Shown in pieces: positions 53,896-64,000 of a stretch of 64,000 nt of DNA. The notes beneath the pieces were generated by a model that saw only the letters and a program-made list of their open reading frames with translations, had not been told where the DNA came from and ran no database searches. Both the position numbers and the translations under genes were made by a program. The number at the start of each line of letters is the position of its first letter. Positions within the stretch are counted from its first letter, which is position 1. This stretch comes from Octopus sinensis. Lineage: Eukaryota. The DNA lies in contig NC_042998.1 of assembly GCF_006345805.1 (NCBI RefSeq), positions 147,870,001-147,934,000 of the forward strand, given 5' to 3'.

Positions 53896-56877
53896 CCCCC
53901 CCCCCCCCCATCAGCAGCTTGATAGTTGATACCCCCGTCAACGATGCTATCTCTGATGCCCTTTATTCTGCTTGTTCCCCAACTCCCGCCCCTCAGACTT
54001 CACAGCTCAGCATCGTCTACACCAACTCGTGCTCCTTATTCCCAAAGTTCAGTGAACTATTTACACTGGCCCTACGCGACTCCCCTGATGTGATAGCTAT
54101 CACCGAGACTTGGCTGACTCCAGCAGTAAAGGACTTAGAGATCCACCTGCAGGGCTATGTCCTTTTCAGATGTGACAGAGGAAAAAGGCGAGGTGGAGGT
54201 GTTGCTGTGTATGTTAAGTCTGAGCACAAACCGTCCTGCGGTATTCTACCCACAAATGCTCAACCTACAACCAAATTCGATGCCATCTATTGCAAGCTGA
54301 GCCTATCTGAGTTTTGCCTGCCCGTGTTGGCTGTCTACAGGCTGCCTCTAGCCGACCCCCAGGACGATGCTCATCTACTCGAGGCGATAAGATTCGTTTC
54401 AGCTTTGCATGACTGCTTGGTACTAGGCGACTTCAACGCTCCCACGATCGATTGGCCCGCATCAATTTGTACAACATCTTCCCGGTTCGGCCAGGCCCTT
54501 CTTGACGTGGCTGAAGATTGTTTTCTATCGCAACATGTTGAATATCCGACAAGGCATCGGTCTGGGCAGCAGCCATCTATGCTAGATCTGGTATTCTCCC
54601 GCTATCCAAGATCAGTGACAGACGTATCTGTGTGCGCCCCTCTTGCCAAGAGTGATCATGCGGTCCTGAAGTTCATCATGCACACAACTTTTTCCACGCC
54701 CACGATTACTTCGCTGCCACGTAGAGTCTTCTCTGCAATTAATCTTGAAATTCTAACCGAGGCTTCCGCGCTTCTGGACTGGCGTTCCCTGATGACGTTG
54801 TCCTCAGTTGACGAACTATGGTCATCCCTCAAAGCATATGTAATCTGTTTGACTGACCAGGCAGTTCCCGTTGGACTTCCCAAGAGGAAGAAACACAAGC
54901 CCTGGGTGACAAAGAAGGTTAAATGAGAACGTCGACTCAGAGATATTGCTTGGGCTGAATTCAAAAATCTGGATTCGACTGCAGCTTTTGAGGTGTACAA
55001 AATTCAACGAGACCGAGCCGTGAAAATTGAAAAAAAAGAACGCTTCAGTTATGAACACAAAATCGCGGCAAATGCCAGTAGCAATCCAAAAACCTTCTTT
55101 GCCCATGTCCAGCGGAATTCCCGCTTGAACAACCAGATTGCAACATTGGTAGACTCAACAGGCGTATCGATTGAGGACCCTTATCAACAGAGTCAATTAT
55201 TTGCCGAGGCTTTTTCAACTATTTTCAAACAAGATGATGGTCGTGAACCCCCTCCATTTGATAGATCGGTACCTCCAATGCTTCGATTGATCATCACGCG
55301 GGACCAAGTCAAACGTGTTATTCAAGGCCTCGATGTCAACAAGGGTCACGGCCCTGACGGCATACACCCACGGGTTATCAAAGCGTTGGCTCCGGTCATC
55401 TGCGAGCCCTTAACACGACTATTCAATATGTCATTGGCGACGGGTGTTATACCTGCAGACTGGAGAACAGCGATAATCTGCCCAATTTTCAAGAAAGGGA
55501 GCCGCGAAGACCCGCTTAACTACCGACCGGTTTCCCTTACATCAATAATCAGCAAGATGTTCGAAACCATCCTTAAGAAAAAGTATGATGCTCCACCTCC
55601 TAAGCACAGCCTCGATCACTGATTCCCAACACGGCTTCGTGCCGAAGAGATCATGCTTGACCAACTTACTAGTAATGGAAGAATTGGTGACGTGCATCCT
55701 CGATGATAGTGATGCTGTTGACATCGTTTTATTGGACTTTGCCAAAGCTTTTGACTCGGTAAACCACCGCCTACTACTTGTCAAGCTTCAGGCATATAGT
55801 TTCCATCCGGATATTGTACGATGGGTTGGTGCCTTCCTCTCAGATCGCTCCTTCCAAGTTCAAGTTAATGGTTCGCGGTCCGACGTCTCCAGTGCGAGCA
55901 GTGGCGTGCCTCAAGGTTCAGTGCTTGGGCCCTTGTTGTTCTTAGTCTTCATAAATGACTTGCCCGACGACCTCACGCAACACACCCTTCTATTTGCCGA
56001 CGATATCAAACTGGTCGCTCCTCGCGGTAGTATAGAGGATCTTCGTCGATGCCTCCACCAAATTTGGAAGTGGTCTAACGATTGGGACCTGTGTCTGAAC
56101 GTGTCAAAGTGCTGTCATCTGCCTGTCGGCTCTACTCCTGCAACTCAACTTGATTTCGAGCCGGGTCGTCTGCTGCTGGAGAGGACCGATCAGGTAAAGG
56201 ACCTGGGTATCTTGGTGGATTCCTCCTTTTCGCCTTTGGCCCAGTGCGTCCATGCTGCCAAAAAAGCGCGCGGAATTCTGTTTTTGATTCGACGGTCATT
56301 CGGAATGCTCACAGCAGCCATATTCCTGCCACTCTATGTCACGCTGGTGAGACCCATATTGGAGTATGGGATTCAAGCCTCTTCTCCTTATCTCCTCAAA
56401 GACATACAGCACCTCGAAAGAGTCCAGAGGCTGGCTACCCGCCTGGTTCATGGTCTCAAAAATTTGTCCTACGAAGAAAGGCTGAGGACGCTCGACCTTT
56501 ATTCTCTTGAAAAACGCCGCCGCCGTGGTGATCTCATTCTCGCCCACAACATCATAAGCGGGAAGTGTAACCTCTCGAAAGAGCTGTTCTTCACTCCTGC
56601 TCCGGAGCGTCGGCTGCGGGGTCATTCCGAAAAGCTCTACCTGCGACGATTTCATCTCAATCGAAGGAGAGGAGCTTTCTCCGTCTGGGTTGCGGATCCA
56701 TGGAACAAGCTGCCAGACGAGATGGTGAAGATGCCGACGACCGCTTTGTTCAAAGCCTCCCTGGACCTCAAGTGGCCTGAACTCTTTACATGAACACCAC
56801 CCTGTACTTAACTCCATGTCCCCCTACATGGCCTTGCTATTTGCTTTTGAGCCAAATTAACTAACTAACTAACTAAC
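53896..56877 (+). mobile_element. CR1-group LINE, near-intact ORF2 (APE endonuclease + RT), (CTAA)n tail
   Basis: IAITETWL, RGGGVAVYVK, LVLGDFN, LDLVF, SDH; GPDGIHP, NYRPVSLTS, QHGF, LDFAKAFDSV, GVPQGSVLGP, FADD, WNKLP; one TGA at 54924-54926 and one +1 frameshift in an A-run near 55578. Confidence 0.95.
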
Positions 56878-58236
56878 ATACTAACATTGTTTTTATTTTG
56901 TAGTACAAATTTGTTGGTTGTAATTTGAGTTGAAGTTCTTTTTACTGCTTTCATAATTCTCTAGAACATCATAAATGTTTTTGAATCCAGTTCACCAAAA
57001 TATTTGCATAAAGGATTTGTCAAATTTCCATGTTAAGTTTTTATATAATTCAGATATAAGAAACTAAAGGTAGAACCTTAAAGTACACATAACTGAACTG
57101 GAACTTTACATACAATACTGTTAATGAGGTTATTTTCAAATAGTCTTTCATTTACACCTGGATTACTTATTAACATGTAGATAACAGTATACTGTACTAT
57201 AGCAGGAGATAAAAATATTAGTACCTGTATAACTGTATGTAAAATAGACTTAGTTGTTACAATAGGACACTAGTCTAGATATTTTGTTGTTACTTTTAGG
57301 ACTATATGCCATGCTGCTTAAATATTTTAGCACTTTCTGGGGTTCACTATTCCACTCAATGGAATATTTATCCAGCTGAGGCTTTTAATATCTATACCAG
57401 TAATTTCCATATCAATCAGATACTGTGTATTTAGTGTGGAAAGAAATGGTTGTTGTTTCACTTAGTACTTGATAATTTGTAAAGTAATATAGTCTTTAAT
57501 ATAATTATTAAATAGTATTTTGTGATTCACTGGCTAAAAAATAGGCAGATTGCTTTTAATAAAGGAAATTTATTAGAATATAGCTTTTTGAGCAGGCTTT
57601 TTTTTTTATTTGATGCTAGTAAATTGAAGTGAAGAGTATATAAATTTATTTACTGACTGAGTAAAATAGTCTAAAAGTAATAACTAATTGTTAGTGTACT
57701 TGTCAAATATCTCGTAGAATAGACAATAACTAGGAAAGAGTTGGCATCCTTAAAATTTTAGATTTAAAATACAATGAAAATATTTTTTTATCATTATTAG
57801 TTTGAATTGACAGTTTTAGTTGGGAAGAGAACTGAAGTTTTCTAGATGTAGTTAAAGATAGAACAACTATGTTGGTATTGTGAAAAACTTATTTTCATAG
57901 CTTGTGATTCATTGTTAAGTAATAGCAGGTTAGTACTACAATTGTTTTCTAGAGATGAGTAATATTTGTCCCAACCCAGAAAAAATGCCTTTTTAATTTA
58001 GTGCTTAAATTTGTTATAAATGAACTTGAATTTTTCCACACCTTTGCAGAAGTATGCATGATACTATATTCAAAACTTTGCAGCAAATTTTGTATGGTAC
58101 AGGACATCAGTTGACTCTTGGTTGGGAATTGTAATGATCTGAATGGAAAATACAACTAATAGTTTGTTTTTGAAATCTTACAAGAAATAATAAAAATATA
58201 TGGCATGTTTGTTTTATAAGAAAAAGATTTCAATAT

Positions 58237-58543
58237 TCATAGGCACGTAAAAAGCACCATCCGATTGTGGCCATTGCCAGCCTCGCCTGGCCCCCGTGCC
58301 AGTGGCACGTAAAAAGCACCATCCGACCGTGGCTGTTTGCCAGCCCCATCTAGCACCTGTGCCGGTGGCACGTAAAAAGCACCCACTACACTCACAGAGT
58401 GGTTGGCGTTAGGAAGGGCATCTAGCCGTAGAAACATTGCCAGATCAGACTGGGCCCGGTGCAGCCTTCTGGCCTCCCAGACCCCAGTTGAACCGTCCAA
58501 CCCATGCTAGCATGGAAAGCGGACGCTAAATGATGATGATGAT
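58237..58543 (+). mobile_element. RTE-tailed SINE, 5'-truncated, with tandem internal subrepeats
   Basis: ggcacgtaaaaagcacc x3, then the same 3' module and (tga)n tail as 22500-22699. Confidence 0.9.
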
Positions 58544-58619
58544 TAAAAATATTTTAGTTAACCTGATAAATTTTAGATATGTTATTTTTATGCTTTTCTT
58601 CCTATTTTCATATATAAAC

Positions 58620-59423
58620 TTACTGTTAACAAAAGTTGGAATGTGTGGCATTAAGTTATTCCATAAATGAAAGATGCATTAAATACTAAAAAATGTACAC
58701 ATAGGACAGACAGAAGGACCCTAATTCTTCCTCAGTTATTGACCAAAAATACAAATACCCAGTTTTGTGCCTTTAACGATAAGACTGGGAAATTCATATA
58801 TTGGTGGCACCCACAAGATTTGCGTAGAATTAGGGCTTGAGCAAACAAAACAATTCAGGGTGGACGTACGAAAGTAAACATGTAATTTGAAATGATAGAT
58901 GAAGAAAATAAATAAAGCCTTTTGACCAAACACAAGAATGAAGGTTAACACCTGGAAGAAATCCTCAAATGGATATAAAAAAAAAAGAATTAGTTAGAAA
59001 GGAGAAAAAGCTGACCAGCATGCTAGGTGTCTCTGGTGGCAAAAAGGCAAAAAATAGAAAATCACTCAAGGGTCATGTGTGAGCAGCTGACAGAAGGAAA
59101 GGAGGATGAGAGAGAGTGGCTGAGAGAAAGAGAGAGAGAGAACAGGGGAAGGAAGGGAGAAAGTCTACAATTGTGAGAAGCGGAGAGAAAGGGAGAGAGG
59201 AAGTAGGGATGCTAGAAAAGGAATATTAGGATAAAAGAGAAAAAAAGACAGAAAGATTTGCAAAAAATATATACTAATTTACTGTTAACAAAAGTCGGGA
59301 GGTGTGGTGTTCAGTCATTCCATAAATGAAAAATGCAGTAAATACTACAAAACGTCCATGTAGGACAGACACAAGGGTCCTAATTCTTCTTCAGTTATCG
59401 ACCAAAAATACTAATACCCAGTT
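58620..59423 (-). mobile_element. Element with ~145-bp diverged terminal direct repeats (58620-58764, 59279-59423), Penelope-like architecture
   Basis: ttactgttaacaaaagt...taggacagaca...cctaattcttc.tcagttat.gaccaaaaatac.aatacccagtt occurs twice; purine-rich interior; family and strand are inference. Confidence 0.6.
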
Positions 59424-60719
59424 ATATATAACGTATATATATGAACATACCTCAGCATCTGAGGTTTGATATGGTGTGAAATGGTCTTAGATAATGGGAA
59501 AATCTCTATTTTGTTAAAATGAATGTTGAAAGCCCTTTATAAAAAGAATAAATTAGAAGTTTCTGTTGTAGTGCCAAGAAAAATATGTAACAATATGTAA
59601 ATAAAGATTTATTTTCTTCATGATCTTCATTTAATATCCATGCTCCATACTGTCTTGGATTGGACAGTTTCGCAGGATCTGACTGGCCAATGGACTGCAT
59701 TAGGATCCACTGTCTGTGGTGTAGTTCCTACTGCTGTGTGTGCTTCCTAATGCCAATCAATTTAAAGAATGTCCTGGGTTCTTTTTTTTGTGCCATCAGC
59801 ACTTGTGAGACTGCTATACAACTTGCAATGCTGATCCCTGGTCTTATGCTTGAAGATGAGGGATTAAAGTATGAAAGAAGGGGCCAGAGCAGAATAGTTT
59901 TCTTATTGTAAAGGAGCTGCATGACTACTCACCTTTAAAATCAGAGTGGAGTGATGTGGGTGGAGCTGGGAAGAAATAAAATAGTGAAGTAAAAGTGTTT
60001 ATATATTTTACACATGTATTTTTCACTACACTGTAATAAGATCTCTGCAATATATAATGTACCTTTATGTCTTTTTTTTATTCTTTTATAGTAGTTTCCA
60101 TTAACTATACTTGAAATCCTAAATACTTGCTAAATACTTATTTGTGGGGAAAAGTGAAAAGAAAAAGAAGTAATAAAGAAGTAGATATTAGAGCCTTTGT
60201 ATAAAAAGGTTAAACTGATAGAATATTGGTAAACCCTCTAAAATATTGAGAGGATGGAATTCAGTTAATATTGGATAATGCAGCTATGTAAGGGAAGTTA
60301 GAAAACCTTTGAATAGTTACTGTCGTGGTGGTCAGATTGTTGGGAATGATGGGGAGAGAGAGAGAGAGGGAAAAGTTTTACTTTTAATGACTACTTTAAT
60401 ATGACAAGGTGCTCAGCTAATTAAATGGGAACTTCTGAAGGTGGTAAATAATCTTTATGAAGTTAGTGTAGATTAGAGTTGAATTGTTGGCTATAAATAC
60501 TTAGATAGAAACTGGAATGGGAAAATAAAAATTCTGTATTTCTGACGTAACAATTGAGATTGGCTCTTTCTGTTGTGCATTTGTTGACTTTGCAAACAAC
60601 CTATTGCAGAGTTATTCATTCATGCAAGCATAAAAATTTGCGCTATAGTGACAAATGTTAATGAAAAATTGACACTGAGTTACATCATCATCACCATTGT
60701 TTAATATCCACACACACAC

Positions 60720-60865
60720 AACAGGCTTCTTTCATTTTCCATTTATCTACTCAAAGCTTTGATTGGTCTGGGCCAATAATAAAAAAACACTTGACTGGAG
60801 AGTTGTGCAGTGGGACAGAACTCAAAATCACATGGTTGGGAAGTGAGCTTCTTAACCACACAACA
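60720..60865 (-). mobile_element. tRNA-derived SINE
   Basis: ggcttctttca...cacatggttgggaagtgagcttcttaaccacaca. Confidence 0.7.
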
Positions 60866-61445
60866 ATACATACTGCTAATTACAGTATTAAGAAAACAAG
60901 CAACTACTTTATATTTTCAAAGTAAGATCTTTAATAAGAAAATATAATCATATTTATTAGATTATTGTAACAAATCTCACATGAATTCTTTTTGACTTTT
61001 TTTTTGCGTCCAACTTTAAAAAAACAAATTTTTCTTTTCTAGATTTTATTTGATTGGAATTCTGTTACATTACTTACCCTTCTATAAGCTCCCCCCCAAT
61101 CATTTATGTAAAATATGTTTGTCATTTACTTAACCAAAGACAGGTGAATTAAGGTTATTACATTGTGTAAAGCAGTTATATCAAAGAGCCTGCTTCATGA
61201 ACAGTGTTAGCCATCAATGTCTATCTGTCTATCCATCCATTGCGGACAATCTTCAATTGCCTCCTACTAAAACTATTATTTTTAAAACCAGATTTAAATA
61301 CTTATTCATTGAATCATAAATGCTTATATATATTCACAAATTATAAAATTCTTTTACTAGTTTGTATTATCTACAGCTGTCTGATGAATGATTATGTGAA
61401 ATTCTGAATAATAGTTTGTGAACGCTCTCTCTCTCTGTGTATGTA

Positions 61446-61498
<53 letters not shown>

Positions 61499-62055
61499 TG
61501 GTAACTTAGTCACTACCTTACCCCAAAACTACTAGTGATGATTTTTGTTAGAACACCATAATGCCGGATAGGGTGTTGCTGTATTTGATTTTGTTCCTCC
61601 TAGTTCTGATCTTGATTTTAGCCTTTTGTGAGTAGGCAACATAATTATCAATAAAACACAAGGGGCAATTTGAGTGTTTCCCTTCTTATTCCAATATTGA
61701 ATCTCTAACATTATGTGAAAAATCTTGTAGAGCAAGAAGTAGGTTAAAATTTTGTTGAGGTTTCAATCATTAGGTGAAACCATTTTACTCAGCTTCTCAT
61801 GCTCTTGGGGGGAAAAAAGCCTGAATGTCAACTATGATATTTTTCCCCCTCTAAAATATCAGACCTTGGTGTTTAGTGTTGGAAAAGATGTTTTTTTTTT
61901 TTTTTGACACTTTACATTCTGTGTTTGAATCCTGCTATAGTCAAGTTTGTCTTTCGATTGATGATATCACCTAAGCCTGCCTCTCAAAATTGCTGGCATT
62001 TGTGCCTAAATTAAAAACAATTATTTAGAATCTTCTTTTCAAAACTTGTGACTGG

Positions 62056-62320
62056 GGCACAGGCATGATTGTATGGTTAAGAAGTTTGCTTCCCAACCAT
62101 ATGGTTTCATATTCAGTCCCACTGCATTACACCCTGGACACGTGTCTTCTACTATAGCCCTGAACTGACCAAAACCTTGCGAGTGGATTTGGTTGACAAA
62201 AACTGAAAGAGGTTCCTAGTATGTGTGTGTCTAGGTATGCATGCATGACACTTCTTGTATGGTAGTTGTAAATGAGTGTTACTATCATGTGCACAACTTC
62301 ATTCATTTCTAGTAATCTGC
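62056..62320 (+). mobile_element. tRNA-derived SINE
   Basis: ggcacaggcatgattgtatggttaagaagtttgcttcccaaccat...gtgtcttctactatagccc...aactgaaaga. Confidence 0.8.
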
Positions 62321-64000
62321 CAAATCATATTACAATTGATGTTTTATCTTTCAGAAGTTAAAGAAAAACTAGTGCCTAATTTAAAGTTTTGACCCAACAA
62401 ACATTTTAAATATGAATCTAGTATTTTGTTATTGGAATAAAAACTATGCAGAATAAATAATGGGGGGAGGGGGGAGAAAGGATTATGCAATTTGCTTTAC
62501 ATAGTGTAAAATAACATTTTATGCCTATTCACCAAATTTCTTTTGATAATTAAAAAGATATCTTCAGGATTTAAAGATAAGTATTTTTTTGTTAATTCAT
62601 TAGAAAGGCTTCACTAAAAATATTATTGTAAAATTAAATAAGTTTGTGGTTGCTCTGGATTTATGAAATAAGTGGAGCATTTTTTAATGATACGTTTATT
62701 ATACATTCTATTATACTTTCCTGATAACAGCCATTCAATTATTTATTTTGTTTTATCAGCACTGAAGGATCCTCTGGCATTAATCCAAAACAAATCTTTA
62801 TTGTTACACCTTAAATAGTTGATTAAGTAGTTAACATTAGAATCTTGACTCATGCATTGCATTCTGTCATTGAATAAGGAAATTAATCTATTAATCTAAT
62901 TTTAAAATGTGAACTAGCTTTACCATATTGTGTGTTAAGTAACCATTAAAAAAAAAACAAGAAAGAAAAAAAAACCCCAAAACTTCTGATGTGTAAAATC
63001 TGAATTCCAATGTTAAGAAAAGTGATATAAAAATATTCTCAATTTTTCGTTAAAATTTAAAAAAAAACTGTTTTGTTTACCTTTTGCAAGTGTGCATTTC
63101 ATTAAGGTTATATGATAGTTTTATTTTTAGTACTGAGGTATTATGATATCACTTTCAAAGAGAAACTATTGTAATTGATATTTCTTTATTGTTTTTACTA
63201 GAGGAGCATCATTTGACAGACACTTATTGTATACAGCTTATCTGAAAAACCAGTCAGTTTGTTGCAATTGTAAAATAATTCAAATATTTTATTGTTGAGG
63301 CTAGGAAAACCATGTGAAACATCTACTCCAATTTCTTATTGCTTGTTTTTACATCCATTTTTTTCCATACTATCACACATCTGATTCCTCTTTTACCCTG
63401 TTTACTCTCATTCTCATTTTGTACTCTTCTTAATGTGCACAAACATTAAACATCTAACAGACCATACTTATAATTTCTTTGCACACTTGCATCCTTTGCC
63501 TTCACTGCTGTGTTTTTGTAACCATGCAACATCACACTTTTTATTCTATTATCATACAATCTGTCCTTCAATGAGAGAGGTAATCACTTTTTTCTTTGTT
63601 AGCAGGGATAATGACTGTCTCCTAATTATTTCCATTTTGTTCTCACTCTGGTTGTTTTTGGACAGTCTCCTCCAATGCTAATTTGGTCTCCTATGTGACA
63701 AGATTTTTTTTTTAGGGTACTCTCTAAGCATTTGAAAGAATTTATATGCCCACTACTCCTTTGCATCTACTACTTATGAAGTCCTTTATATACTGAGTGT
63801 TTGGGCTAAATTTGACAGTTTGCATAAAAGAAAAAGAAAACATCTGATCCAGAAATAAAAGTATTTAAAAAAATAAAAAATTACCAACTAGCTGGGAAAT
63901 AATAGTTTACTCAAAGTTGCTACCCTCAGCTTCCACCATGGTCTCAAGACAGCTCCAGAATGTAACATGTGTTCCTCAGTGTGTCCCCAGGAAAATCTTA

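Noticed and set aside
56296-56817. 173-aa antisense ORF within the LINE
   Set aside because: Shadow ORF on the opposite strand of GC-rich RT coding sequence, with no recognisable motifs

Overview
Eukaryotic, AT-rich, repeat-saturated genomic DNA. The SINE families and extreme (TA)n/(TATG)n content point to an octopus (coleoid cephalopod); this is an inference. The only host-gene coding sequence I can support is a 41-nt micro-exon at 32346-32386 (+), translating GKNLYNNEHVAIKL, from casein kinase I gamma (CSNK1G/gilgamesh). The rest of the window appears to be two introns of >31 kb each. They contain a DD36E Tc1-type element, a Buster-type hAT transposase relic and two hAT MITEs, an internally deleted piggyBac and a piggyBac MITE, three non-autonomous Helitron pieces, RTE/CR1/Tx1 LINE fragments, one near-intact GC-rich CR1-group ORF2, many SINEs and several Penelope-like terminal repeats. 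Most interesting: (1) several unrelated Penelope-like repeats carry minimal hammerhead ribozyme folds with a recurrent non-canonical CCGANGA core; (2) RTE RT domains contain an inserted PHD-like finger; (3) the Tc1 has DD36E spacing; (4) the CR1 LINE is young and GC-rich; (5) the micro-exon begins with a reconstituted 5' splice site. Most ORFs in the provided track are spurious. All alignments were done by eye, so boundaries of decayed elements are approximate.
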